Positions 18,787-28,333 of a DNA stretch of 64,000 bases are shown here, piece by piece (positions within the stretch are counted from its first letter, which is position 1; each line of letters opens with the position of its first letter). Source of the DNA: Candidatus Aenigmatarchaeota archaeon (GTDB lineage: Archaea; Aenigmatarchaeota; Aenigmatarchaeia; Aenigmatarchaeales; JACQIB01); contig JACQIB010000003.1 of NCBI GenBank assembly GCA_016198755.1, positions 1 to 64,000 on the forward strand, given 5' to 3'. Below the pieces are notes generated by a model. It did no database searches. It worked only from the letters and a program-made list of their open reading frames with translations, and was not told where the DNA came from. Both the position numbers and the translations under genes were made by a program.

Positions 18787-19869
18787 TTAAACGAAATCTA
18801 TTCCAAGTATCTTTTCAATCTCTTTTTCCTGCTTTTTACTGAAAGGTTTTACAGCAGAGTAAATGTTCGGAGCCTTTACCCCCGTAACAACGATCATGGC
18901 TCTTACCATATCCCCCATTTCCTTGTTTATCTGTGCACCCCAAATGATTTTTGAATCCTGAGAAAGCTTGCTGCTTACACCCTCAACAATCTGCTGGCAT
19001 TCTTTCACTGATACATCTGTCCCGCCGACAATATTCACAAGTGCTCCACTGGCACCATCGATATCCACATCCAAGAGAGGGTTGTTCAGAGCCTTTTGAA
19101 CTGCTTCCAGAGCTCTGCTGTCTGTATCACTCTCACCCAATCCAATCATAGCCATTCCGCCGCCAGTCATTACAGCCTTTACATCAGCAAAATCCAGATT
19201 TACCAATCCCGGTTTTGTAACAAGCTCTGTTATACCCTTTACAGCATTAGCCAAAATCTCATCTGAAACCTTGAATGCCTGTGAAAGTGAAACATCCGGA
19301 ACCACTTCCAGCAATTTGTCATTTGGCACAACAATTATTGTATCCACATTCTGTTCCAGCTTTTCGAGGCCATATCTTGCATTATCCATCCTGTGCCTTC
19401 CTTCCATTGTAAACGGAAGTGTAACAATTCCAACAACAAGAGCCCCAATCTTTTTTCCAATTTCAGCAACAACCGGTGCAGCTCCTGTACCAGTCCCGCC
19501 TCCCAGTCCACATGTAATAAAAATCATGTCCGAGCCCTGCAAAGCCTCCTTTATATCTTCCCTATTTTCCTTTGCAGCCTCCTCTCCAACATTAGGGTCA
19601 GCTCCTGCTCCCAATCCTCTTGTTAGTTCCTTTCCAATCAAAACTTTCTGGTCGGCATCTGTGTAAAGCAAATCCTGTGCATCAGTATTTACAGCAACAA
19701 TCTCAGCTCCCATTATACCAACAGAACTTATCCTTGAAACCGTGTTGTTTCCAGCCCCTCCAACACCAACAACCTTTATTATAGCCTGTTTCATCTCAAG
19801 CATTTTTCTTATATCATCATCCTTTTCAGATGTTCTGGATGACTTTTCACCCGAAGATTTTGTTGCCAT
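18787..19869 (-). CDS. ftsZ: Cell division protein FtsZ
   Basis: GVGGAGNN, GLGGGTGTG, NLDFADV. Confidence 0.98.
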   Translation of the reverse strand: MATKSSGEKSSRTSEKDDDIRKMLEMKQAIIKVVGVGGAGNNTVSRISSVGIMGAEIVAVNTDAQDLLYTDADQKVLIGKELTRGLGAGADPNVGEEAAKENREDIKEALQGSDMIFITCGLGGGTGTGAAPVVAEIGKKIGALVVGIVTLPFTMEGRHRMDNARYGLEKLEQNVDTIIVVPNDKLLEVVPDVSLSQAFKVSDEILANAVKGITELVTKPGLVNLDFADVKAVMTGGGMAMIGLGESDTDSRALEAVQKALNNPLLDVDIDGASGALVNIVGGTDVSVKECQQIVEGVSSKLSQDSKIIWGAQINKEMGDMVRAMIVVTGVKAPNIYSAVKPFSKKQEKEIEKILGIDFV

Positions 19870-19924
19870 GATGAGAAAACAGTCTAATAACCATATAAGC
19901 TTTTCTAGAGTTTTATAAGAGAAC

Positions 19925-20566
19925 TTATAATGCAGGTTCCTGCTCTTTCACGGTTTCAGTGGGCTTGAAAATTTCCGAGAATTTCACGGTTTCAAAGCCT
20001 AAAAGCTTGTTCAAATCCTTTGATATCCTGTTTTTTATTGCAGGGTGTATCAGCGGTGGGGCTGTAATATCAACTTCCTTCCCTTTCTCTGCAACAGAAA
20101 TCTTCTCTCCCTCTATTTTTGTATAGTATCCTACAAGAGCCTTAACCTTATTCTCAATTCCTTCAATCTTTGACTTTATTTCCACATCATAAATAAGTAT
20201 TTTTCCAGCTAATGGATGGTTAAAATCAACCTTAACCCGCCCGCTTGAAACAGACAGAACCCTTCCGCGAAGATTGTCTGCTTCAACAAACATGCCAGGA
20301 TAAGGGTTTGTATTATGCTTCTTGAACTCGTTTTCCGGTATAAGCTTAATTAAATCTTCTCTTCTTGATCCAAACCCATCCTCAGGCTTTATTTCAATAG
20401 TTTTCTTTTCCCCAACATTCATACTTTGTAAAGAAGTATCCAAACCAGTAATAACAAACCCGCTTCCTATAACTATTGATATCTCTTCATTCTTGTCAAA
20501 AACCTCCCCACCTTCCTTTAGCTTCCCAGTGTAAGCTATTTTTACGAAATCTCCCTTCTCCATCAA
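19925..20566 (-). CDS. slyD: FKBP-type peptidyl-prolyl isomerase (long archaeal SlyD type)
   Basis: GDFVKIAYTG, VDFNHPLAGK. Confidence 0.93.
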   Translation of the reverse strand: MMEKGDFVKIAYTGKLKEGGEVFDKNEEISIVIGSGFVITGLDTSLQSMNVGEKKTIEIKPEDGFGSRREDLIKLIPENEFKKHNTNPYPGMFVEADNLRGRVLSVSSGRVKVDFNHPLAGKILIYDVEIKSKIEGIENKVKALVGYYTKIEGEKISVAEKGKEVDITAPPLIHPAIKNRISKDLNKLLGFETVKFSEIFKPTETVKEQEPAL

Positions 20567-20647
20567 ATCACTTTTTCTATAGGACTGTATACACTTATAA
20601 ATCTGCCTTCCAAAGCGAATTTAAGCTAGTATGTAGAATAAAGAATA

Positions 20648-21406
20648 ATGGCAAACCCTCTACAGGAAGAGCTGCTTTCTATGCTGTCTTCTACAGGAAT
20701 GTTCCATGATATGGAATCAAAAGTACTGCGTGGTCTGCTTTCTCTTCGTTCCAATGGAAAAAAGAAGGTCTCTGCAGCTGAAATAGCTTCAGCAGCTTCA
20801 ATTTCAGTTACAAATACATACAAATATCTTTATTCCCTTGAAATGAAAGGTGTTGTAGAGACAAACAAGGAAAAGAACAAGCTCTTCTGGCTCTCTTCCT
20901 CTTCAAATCCATTTCCAAGGCTTTTCAGCTTTGTTGGCCAAGACTACCTGAAAAAGAAAGATGCTTTTAAAAAGCTGGAAAATATTTACGACAGGCTCGT
21001 TCCAATAGACAGGAATATCTGGCTTGGAGAGAAAATACATTCAGAGTATAACGGAAACTTCCGTGAACGTGCAGCTTTCCTGTTGGATATAGCAAAGGAG
21101 GAAGTTCTTATAACCACTTCCCGCGCTTTAAAGGATTTTGTAATTCTGGATGCTGTAGGAAGAGCTCTGAAACGCGGAATATCAGTTAAAATAATATCTT
21201 CAGAATCAGAGCCGGAAACAACTGAAAAGCTCAAGACTCTGGGTGCAGACATAAGGTTTGGAAACTTTTCACAATCCCTTATTGTTGTGGATAACAGGCA
21301 CGGAATTACATTAGACAATTCTGAAGGTGGCTTATGGTTCCTTAACTATAGCACAGATTATAAGAGGAAGTTTACCTCATACTGGAATGGATCAGAGGCG
21401 CTATAA
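20648..21406 (+). CDS. TrmB-family transcriptional regulator
   Basis: wHTH (AAEIA..SIS..NTYKYL.SLE.KG) plus PLD-like C domain (AKEEVLI, LIVVD). Confidence 0.8.
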   Translation: MANPLQEELLSMLSSTGMFHDMESKVLRGLLSLRSNGKKKVSAAEIASAASISVTNTYKYLYSLEMKGVVETNKEKNKLFWLSSSSNPFPRLFSFVGQDYLKKKDAFKKLENIYDRLVPIDRNIWLGEKIHSEYNGNFRERAAFLLDIAKEEVLITTSRALKDFVILDAVGRALKRGISVKIISSESEPETTEKLKTLGADIRFGNFSQSLIVVDNRHGITLDNSEGGLWFLNYSTDYKRKFTSYWNGSEAL

Positions 21407-22167
21407 TGATAGAGAAGAATATAGAGTTTCTTAACTCAAAAACAGAAAAGCTATCCGGAATACTTACTTTACCTGATGGGGAGCCAAAAGCAAAAGCCCT
21501 GTTAGCACATGGCATGTATTATTATAAGAGTGAAGATGGTGTTTTTGATCATTTGGCCGAAAAACTTGCAAAAGCAGGGATAGCTTCCTTACGCTTTGAC
21601 TTTACAGCCCACGGGGATAGTCAAGGAAACTTTATAGACTTCACGTTGGAGCAGGAACTATCTGACTTTTCAAAAGCATATTCTTATCTAAACTCAGCCT
21701 TCCCACAAACCAAGAAAACAATACTCATAGGAACAAGCTTTGGCTGCGTTCCAGTGGTTCTTTCCAAGCTGCCAGCAGATGCCGTTGTTTTACTAAACCC
21801 TTCTGTCTCCGGTGTCACTAGAAGAAATACTTACGACAGGCTCGTTGAGAACTGGGAAGCCCTTTTGGAAAAACAGGGCTACATTAAACATTGGAAAAAG
21901 GGTTACAAAATCTCAAAGACATTTATGAAAGAAACACTAGAAATAAATCTTGTAGAGCATGCAGGAAAATTAAAAGGCCCCCTTCTTTTCGTGCACGGAG
22001 ACAAGGATGATTTGGCTCCAATAAAGGAATCAAAAGAACTGTTTGCTGCAGCAAGCGAACCCAAAAAATTCGTTACCCTGCACGGCGTAGCCCATGGTTT
22101 TCATACTAAAAAATCAGAAGCACAGATGATTCGCACAGTTATGGAGTGGCTTGGAAAAACCTTATGA
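21406..22167 (+). CDS. Alpha/beta hydrolase
   Basis: AHG, RFDF.AHGDS.G, GTSFG, HGDKDD, HGF. Confidence 0.92.
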   Translation: MIEKNIEFLNSKTEKLSGILTLPDGEPKAKALLAHGMYYYKSEDGVFDHLAEKLAKAGIASLRFDFTAHGDSQGNFIDFTLEQELSDFSKAYSYLNSAFPQTKKTILIGTSFGCVPVVLSKLPADAVVLLNPSVSGVTRRNTYDRLVENWEALLEKQGYIKHWKKGYKISKTFMKETLEINLVEHAGKLKGPLLFVHGDKDDLAPIKESKELFAAASEPKKFVTLHGVAHGFHTKKSEAQMIRTVMEWLGKTL

Positions 22168-24867
22168 GATTAAAATTCCCGGCTTCCCAGGTTCAGCATT
22201 CCCAGCTTTTTGTTCTTTGCTTTTTTCAGCCTGTTCAATTGTTATTTTTGCAGAAAACTGTTTTTCAAAAAAGTTTTTAGCTCCATTTAAGTATTCAAAC
22301 TCTTTTTTTGATCCAAAAACAAGATCTTGCTGCGGTCTTTTTTTCTGTAACTTCTGGAAGTAACCTGCTGCAGCATTCCCCTGTTTTCTTATACTATCTA
22401 TTTTCATTATTTCAGAAAGCTGCTTTCCGTTTCTATACATTCCATAAACAGAATATTTCCATTCATGTGAAACTATAATTTTTATCTCTTTCGGCTTCCC
22501 TATACCAGAAACTCTCTTTATCTCCTCTATATCCCTTGCAGTTTCCCTTACAATTTCTTCCCCGTCCTCAGCTTCCTGTTCCATATCTTTATCTGAAAAT
22601 TCTGCCCATTCTTGCTCAGAAACCAATCCCTTTTCACCCAAAATCCTCCATGCCTCCTCAGCAGAGAAAGGCATAAACAATGAAAGAGCTTTTATCCAAG
22701 TCCCAAGCAGGATTTTGTTAATACCTGTTCCACCCCTCTTTTTGAACCAGCTTATATCTGAAATAACTGAGAAAAATATAATATCAGCAGCCTTCTTTAT
22801 TTCCCTTGCTTCCAAAGCTTTTCCAGCCTCAACAACAGCTCTTGTAATCCTGCTTTCTATCCACTTATCTATACCAGACTTTCCAGCCTTCCCTTTCAAT
22901 TCCCCAACAAGCCTAAGCCAGTTTGATACATGCTTTGCATAGATATCACACTCTTCATTCTTCCAGTCAAAATCATCCCATTGGTTTGTTCCATGTGCCA
23001 CATACAGCCTTATTGTATCAGCACCCCACTTCTTAATTGCCTGATCCCAGAAAATCACATTCCCTAAGTGTTTACTCATCTTCTTCCCATAAGCAATCAA
23101 ATGCCAGTTTACTGAAATGCCGCGTGGCCAATATTTTTCAGGGAAAATTGCAGTATGATGGAAAATAAAGAACGGAAAATGAACCTGTTTATGTTCCTTT
23201 CCGGCAGCATTCAAATCCAGCGGATACCAGTATTCAAACTCTTTTCTTATAGTTTTCCACACAGCTTTGTCTGGTTTACCCTTCCCAAGGAAAACAAAAT
23301 CAAAAAACTCATCTGTGAGGTCTTTAAGGCTTATCTTTTGCTCATTGAAAAACTTTGAAACAATATAGAAAGCCATGTAAATAGTGGAATCAGACAGAGC
23401 CTCCACAATCCAGCCCTTTTCAAACGGAAATTCTGTTCCCAATCCCCTGCGCCTAACACATGGCCTCGCATCAAGCCAGTCTACTATAGCAGGCAGCTCA
23501 GCTTTATACTCTTTCGGATAAACATCCATTGTTTCTATACACTTCTTTGCTTTCTCTTTCCATTTTTCATTCCCATAATCAATAAACCACTGCCCTTTCA
23601 CAGCCTTAACAACAATCTCAGCCCCGCACCTGCAGTGTATAGGTTTTACACTGAACTCGTATATTGCATCTGCTTTTCCCTTCTCTTTCAGCCACTCCAC
23701 AATCCTTGCCTTTGCTTTAGGAACGGCCAATCCACCCAGTACAGGTACTGATTGCATAATTTTTCCCCTAGACCATTCTAGTTTGTAAACCTCTTTCACA
23801 AGTTCCTCTATTTTCTGGTCATCTGTACTAGTTATTTTATTTTGCTTTATCAGCTCACCAGCAGCATCAGCTTCCAGCCCTTCCGTTTCAACAACCTGTA
23901 TAGGTTTTATCTCAGGTTTAGCTTTGTTTAGGTTTATCCAGTCAAAAGGATCATGTGCAGGCACGGACATGACAATTCCAGTTGCCTGTACAGAATCCAC
24001 AAATCCACCAGCCAAAACCTCTAATTCTTTCCCATTAAATGGACTTTTAACCTTCTTTCCCAGCAGTTCCTTCCCATAAACACTTCCAATTATCTCCACT
24101 TTCTTATCCAGCAGTCTCAGCTTTTCAACAGCTCCCTCAGAGACAATCCAAACCTCCCCCCCAACTTTTGCTTTAACATACTTCCCTTCAGGAGAGATCC
24201 AGAGGTTTGTTGCCCCAGGCAGTGTTTCAGGCCTGAGAGTTGCAGCAGGGAAAACAATGTTCCCCTCTCCAATAAACTTTATAATCACAAAGTCCTTTAT
24301 CTGCGCTCCCTTCCACTCTGAAATATCAGCCTCTGCAGGATCTAAACTAACAGGATTCTGATCATTTGGACACCAAGCCAGCCTATAGTCTCTCTGCACC
24401 AAGTACCCAGCTTCTTTCAGTTTCCTCATCTGCCACTGAACAAACCTGTTATACTGTGGTTGTATCGTTGAAACAACTTCCCTTGTGTCTAAAGAAAGTC
24501 CCAAATCCCTGAAAGCTTCAATCATTTTCCCTTCCAAGTACCTATCCACATCTATTGCAGTCTTAAACTTTTTAACCTCTTCTTGCGGAATCCCATACTT
24601 TTTCGCTTCCTCCAAATCTTTTTTGCATTTATCCAGAATTTTCTGGCAGTCTATACCAGTAGCATGGAATCCAAGCGGGAAAAGTACATTAAATCCTTTC
24701 ATCCTCTTGTATCTGGCTACAATGTCCGGCAAAGTATAGGAACGTGCATGCCCAACATGAAGTGTTCCGGAAACAGTTGGGTATGCAAAAAGCATATACC
24801 ACTTCTTCCCCTTTCCAGCTTTCGGCTCAAAAACACCTTCTTTTGCCCACTCCTTCTTCCAGTCCAT
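22162..24867 (-). CDS. leuS: Leucyl-tRNA synthetase (archaeal type)
   Basis: LHVGH, ATLRPET, ATGIVMSVPAHDP, LSDSTIY, KMSK. Confidence 0.97.
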   Translation of the reverse strand: MDWKKEWAKEGVFEPKAGKGKKWYMLFAYPTVSGTLHVGHARSYTLPDIVARYKRMKGFNVLFPLGFHATGIDCQKILDKCKKDLEEAKKYGIPQEEVKKFKTAIDVDRYLEGKMIEAFRDLGLSLDTREVVSTIQPQYNRFVQWQMRKLKEAGYLVQRDYRLAWCPNDQNPVSLDPAEADISEWKGAQIKDFVIIKFIGEGNIVFPAATLRPETLPGATNLWISPEGKYVKAKVGGEVWIVSEGAVEKLRLLDKKVEIIGSVYGKELLGKKVKSPFNGKELEVLAGGFVDSVQATGIVMSVPAHDPFDWINLNKAKPEIKPIQVVETEGLEADAAGELIKQNKITSTDDQKIEELVKEVYKLEWSRGKIMQSVPVLGGLAVPKAKARIVEWLKEKGKADAIYEFSVKPIHCRCGAEIVVKAVKGQWFIDYGNEKWKEKAKKCIETMDVYPKEYKAELPAIVDWLDARPCVRRRGLGTEFPFEKGWIVEALSDSTIYMAFYIVSKFFNEQKISLKDLTDEFFDFVFLGKGKPDKAVWKTIRKEFEYWYPLDLNAAGKEHKQVHFPFFIFHHTAIFPEKYWPRGISVNWHLIAYGKKMSKHLGNVIFWDQAIKKWGADTIRLYVAHGTNQWDDFDWKNEECDIYAKHVSNWLRLVGELKGKAGKSGIDKWIESRITRAVVEAGKALEAREIKKAADIIFFSVISDISWFKKRGGTGINKILLGTWIKALSLFMPFSAEEAWRILGEKGLVSEQEWAEFSDKDMEQEAEDGEEIVRETARDIEEIKRVSGIGKPKEIKIIVSHEWKYSVYGMYRNGKQLSEIMKIDSIRKQGNAAAGYFQKLQKKRPQQDLVFGSKKEFEYLNGAKNFFEKQFSAKITIEQAEKSKEQKAGNAEPGKPGILIS

Positions 24868-24933
24868 GAGAGTTAGTTTAGCCGATTTCTATTTAAATTG
24901 CTCCCTCTAAAGCTTAACTGCCCTCTCTAATGA

Positions 24934-25058
24934 GCCCCCCTAGTTTTTGGGGAAAGCTCAGCATGGATGGAGCGCCTGACTTCTAACGAGCGTTAGAAGA
25001 TCTGACAACAGATGAAGAAATCAGGAGGTCGCGGGTTCAAATCCCGTGGGGGGCACCA
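24934..25058 (+). tRNA. tRNA-Arg(TCT) with two introns: 8/9 (24942-24954, 13 nt) and 37/38 (24986-25019, 34 nt)
   Basis: Acceptor GCCCCCC/GGGGGGC, D stem GCTC/GAGC with A20, anticodon stem CCTGA/TCAGG, TTCAAAT, CCA; helices CCCC/GGGG and CTTC/GAAG each followed by AA|A. Confidence 0.92.
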
Positions 25059-25095
25059 AATCAGCTTTTTATTCCTGTAGAACCTAGAAATACGC

Positions 25096-25860
25096 ATGAC
25101 AACCGTTGTTTCTATAGTAAGCGGAAAGGGTGGTGTGGGTAAAACCACCACTACTTTAAACCTTGCTGCAGCTCTTGCAGAGAGGGATCATTATGTTACT
25201 GTTGTTGACGGAAATCTAACAACCCCAAACATAAGCCTTCACTTGGGAATTCCGTTGTTTCCAACAACTTTACATGATGTTCTGCAGGGAAAAATAGACA
25301 TAACAAAAGCAGTCTATATACACGAGTCTGGAGTAAGGGTTGTTCCAGCCTCCCTTTCAGTTGAAAACCTAAAGGGAATAAAGGCTTCAGATTTGCAGAG
25401 AGCACTTGATCCTTTGGTGGAGAGAAAGGGCTGGATTCTGCTGGATGGTGCAGCTGGTTTGGGAAAGGAAGCTAGGACAGTTATGAGGGTTTCTGATACT
25501 TCCATAATTGTAACAAATCCTGAAATTCCTGCTGTTACAGATGCCCTAAAAGCAATAAAAGTTGCAAATCAGATTGGAACTCCTGTTGCAGGTGTTATAA
25601 TAAACAGATGGACAGGAAAAAAACATCAAATGACTCTAAATAATATTTTTGAGATGCTTGAAAAGCCAATTCTGGGTGTTGTACCTGAGGACCAGAAAAT
25701 ACAAGAGTGTATTTCCCAGAAAAAGATGTTCTTCCATACACATCCGCAGAGTAGGACAGCTTACAGGTACAGGTATATTGTTTCAAATATTTTAGGCCAG
25801 CCATATCCAAGGCCAACAGGCTTAACAGGAGCCTTCAAGAGAACTTTCCTAAACTACTAG
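25096..25860 (+). CDS. minD: MinD/ParA family ATPase
   Basis: SGKGGVGKTT, LDGAAGLG, VTNPEIPAVTD. Confidence 0.92.
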   Translation: MTTVVSIVSGKGGVGKTTTTLNLAAALAERDHYVTVVDGNLTTPNISLHLGIPLFPTTLHDVLQGKIDITKAVYIHESGVRVVPASLSVENLKGIKASDLQRALDPLVERKGWILLDGAAGLGKEARTVMRVSDTSIIVTNPEIPAVTDALKAIKVANQIGTPVAGVIINRWTGKKHQMTLNNIFEMLEKPILGVVPEDQKIQECISQKKMFFHTHPQSRTAYRYRYIVSNILGQPYPRPTGLTGAFKRTFLNY

Positions 25861-26720
25861 GATAGCGTAATTAACAAAACTCCAATAATCATTATAATAG
25901 AACCTATTAATCTCTCCTTAATGTTTTTTTCTCCAAAAACCATATAGCCTGCTATTACACCAAATACTATGATCAATCTTTTTATTGAAATAACATAAGC
26001 TACAAGCGTTGTGTTAATAGCCAGCATAAATGTTATGCTCATTAAAGCGGCGCTCAAGCCTATTGGCAAAAGCCATTTTAAATTGGTTCTAATACCTTTC
26101 ACTCCGCCAGTTGATTTATGTAACATTATAGGCAGCATAACTGCGGCTATAGCCATATTATTTGCTATCAGCCAAAATATTGGAGAGGAATTTTGCAGGC
26201 CAATTTTGTCCAGATTTGCTGCAATACTCCAGATAAAAGCCACTATAAGCATCAACCTTGGTCCAGATCCCCGTAACAGTGCTTTGAAAGGCTCAAAGAA
26301 GCCCTTGTGCAGTTCTCTTATGTTCAGTACATAAGAGCCGAGAAAACCAAGCAAAACCCCAATTATACCCAAAGTGTTTGGCAGTTCATTGATCAATATC
26401 GGGGAAGTTATTAACATGAATGCAGGTGTAAAGGAAGCCATAGGAACTGTGACAGAAATATCAGAAGTCGAGAGTGCTTTTGAATAGAGTATATAGGATG
26501 CAGCATAGAGTACGGCTGCTATAATCAATGTAGGAAAAAATAAGGTCCCGATTTTCGGAATTTCTATAAAGAAAAGCAACGGCAGCAGGAATGGCAAAGT
26601 AAAAAATATACCTGAAAAAGAAGCTGTATACACATCCACCTTTTCTAAACTCTTCTTGCTTGTTATATCCCTAAGGTTTGTAAATAAAGCAGTTAACAGA
26701 GACAGTATCAACCAAAACAT
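25857..26720 (-). CDS. EamA/DMT family transporter
   Basis: About 10 TM, duplicated EamA halves. Confidence 0.9.
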   Translation of the reverse strand: MFWLILSLLTALFTNLRDITSKKSLEKVDVYTASFSGIFFTLPFLLPLLFFIEIPKIGTLFFPTLIIAAVLYAASYILYSKALSTSDISVTVPMASFTPAFMLITSPILINELPNTLGIIGVLLGFLGSYVLNIRELHKGFFEPFKALLRGSGPRLMLIVAFIWSIAANLDKIGLQNSSPIFWLIANNMAIAAVMLPIMLHKSTGGVKGIRTNLKWLLPIGLSAALMSITFMLAINTTLVAYVISIKRLIIVFGVIAGYMVFGEKNIKERLIGSIIMIIGVLLITLS

Positions 26721-28333
26721 TATATCACATTCAGGTCCAGCTCAAAGGCGATGGCAGGCTTTTCCAGCCCGAAGTTTTGCAGAAGAGAGGGATGTATCTC
26801 GCCGAAAATACCAATAGATTTCCCTTCGGAAAAAACTTCTGCTGCACGGGAATCTATAAAACTCTTATGTTCTACAGGTCTTATCTCAATTTTCTTTCCC
26901 ATAAGCTTGCAGAAGGCTTCCAAGAAAGATTTTATTTCAGTCAGGTTTGCTGTATCATGTGTAACAACTGCTGCAATTTTTCTCACGTTTTTATACCCAG
27001 TTTCTTCCCCTCCTTTCAAAACACAATCACCAATTTCAAATATCTTCTGCGGGTAGTCCCTGTGTTTGTTAGGCTCCAAAATCTTTAGCATACCAGGCAA
27101 AAGCCATGCACGTGCTGTTTCAAACTCAGAGGAAATAGGATTCTCAATTTTTATTCCCTCACCCTTTAGTTCCATGCGCTGGAACTGGTTTTTATTTGAA
27201 GTAAGCACAAAAGTCAGAATTTCCTGAAATCCCAGTCCAGCCATAACTTCCCTTGCTTTCCTGTTCATTTTTGTTTTTTCAAGTATTTTTCCAACAGTTC
27301 CAATCCTTGGTATAAACGGCTGTATATTGTTATACCCATAACCTATAGCCACGTCCTCAGCAATATCTATCCAGTGCAGTATATCCCCGCGGTATGCCGG
27401 AATTGAAACTTCTATAACACCCCCTTTCAGCGCTTTTGCTCCATATCTCATCCTTTCAAGAATAGAAACAACTTCTTTCTCTTTCAATCCTAACCCAAGG
27501 GTTTTGTCTATATCCCCCACAGAAACTTTGATTGTTTCAGTGGAAAAGTTTGGATATTGTTTCCCCCCAACAGTTACACTCTTTATTTTACCTCCCCTTT
27601 CAGCTATTGCAGAAACAACAAGATTCAGGACAAGACTGACAGCTTTCAAGTCAGTTCCAGTAACATCCACAAAAATGTTTTTTGTCCCAGCTCCAATCTT
27701 TACTCTTTCTGACATTACAATAGGAGGCATTGAAATAACTTTTCCCGCAGAATCCATAAGTATTGGATATTTTTTAAATCCTTCCAGCAGCTTCCCATAA
27801 GCCTTTCCCTGAGCAGTTTTCTCCAGAATATCCTTCAGTGTAATATCTTTTGTTAAACCTAAGGGAGTGAACTTAAACTCCTCTGTTTTTTCAGTATAGT
27901 TTACAGGAAACTTTATCTTATCCAGATCGTTTATACCCAAAGCAACTTTCATTCTTTTCCTTCCAACACCCTCATGCAGTTTTTCCTGCATCTGCACAAT
28001 ACTTTTTATTAGCTGGTCTGTTAGTTTTACACCTTCAATAACAGCACCCAGTATATAGGGGCGTGCAGAAACTTTCCCAACCTTCAGTTCATATTTACTC
28101 TTTTCAACCTTATACTCTGCTAATCCTGTTTCCTTTCCAATAAACCCAAGAACAGCTCTTGCAACACCCTCAGTTGAAAGTAAATCAGGTCTGTCTCCTG
28201 TTATCTCCAGTTTCCACTTCCCAACCTTTTCATCCACAGAGGCCTTTACCATCTGCAAGACAGCTTCTAATTCCCCTTCAGGTATCTTGCAAAGTCCAGC
28301 CAAATCTTTCTGGTCAACTTCTATTACAGGCAT
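26720..28333 (-). CDS. pheT: Phenylalanyl-tRNA synthetase beta subunit
   Basis: DRPDLLS.EG, QEKLH, YRGDILHWIDIAEDVAIGYG. Confidence 0.97.
   Translation of the reverse strand: MPVIEVDQKDLAGLCKIPEGELEAVLQMVKASVDEKVGKWKLEITGDRPDLLSTEGVARAVLGFIGKETGLAEYKVEKSKYELKVGKVSARPYILGAVIEGVKLTDQLIKSIVQMQEKLHEGVGRKRMKVALGINDLDKIKFPVNYTEKTEEFKFTPLGLTKDITLKDILEKTAQGKAYGKLLEGFKKYPILMDSAGKVISMPPIVMSERVKIGAGTKNIFVDVTGTDLKAVSLVLNLVVSAIAERGGKIKSVTVGGKQYPNFSTETIKVSVGDIDKTLGLGLKEKEVVSILERMRYGAKALKGGVIEVSIPAYRGDILHWIDIAEDVAIGYGYNNIQPFIPRIGTVGKILEKTKMNRKAREVMAGLGFQEILTFVLTSNKNQFQRMELKGEGIKIENPISSEFETARAWLLPGMLKILEPNKHRDYPQKIFEIGDCVLKGGEETGYKNVRKIAAVVTHDTANLTEIKSFLEAFCKLMGKKIEIRPVEHKSFIDSRAAEVFSEGKSIGIFGEIHPSLLQNFGLEKPAIAFELDLNVI

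Noticed and set aside
24980-25002. Tandem two-step intron in tRNA-Arg using the first GAAG
   Set aside because: The outer helix needed for that cut is only one pair; a single 34-nt intron with a guide-like element fits better, though this is not excluded.
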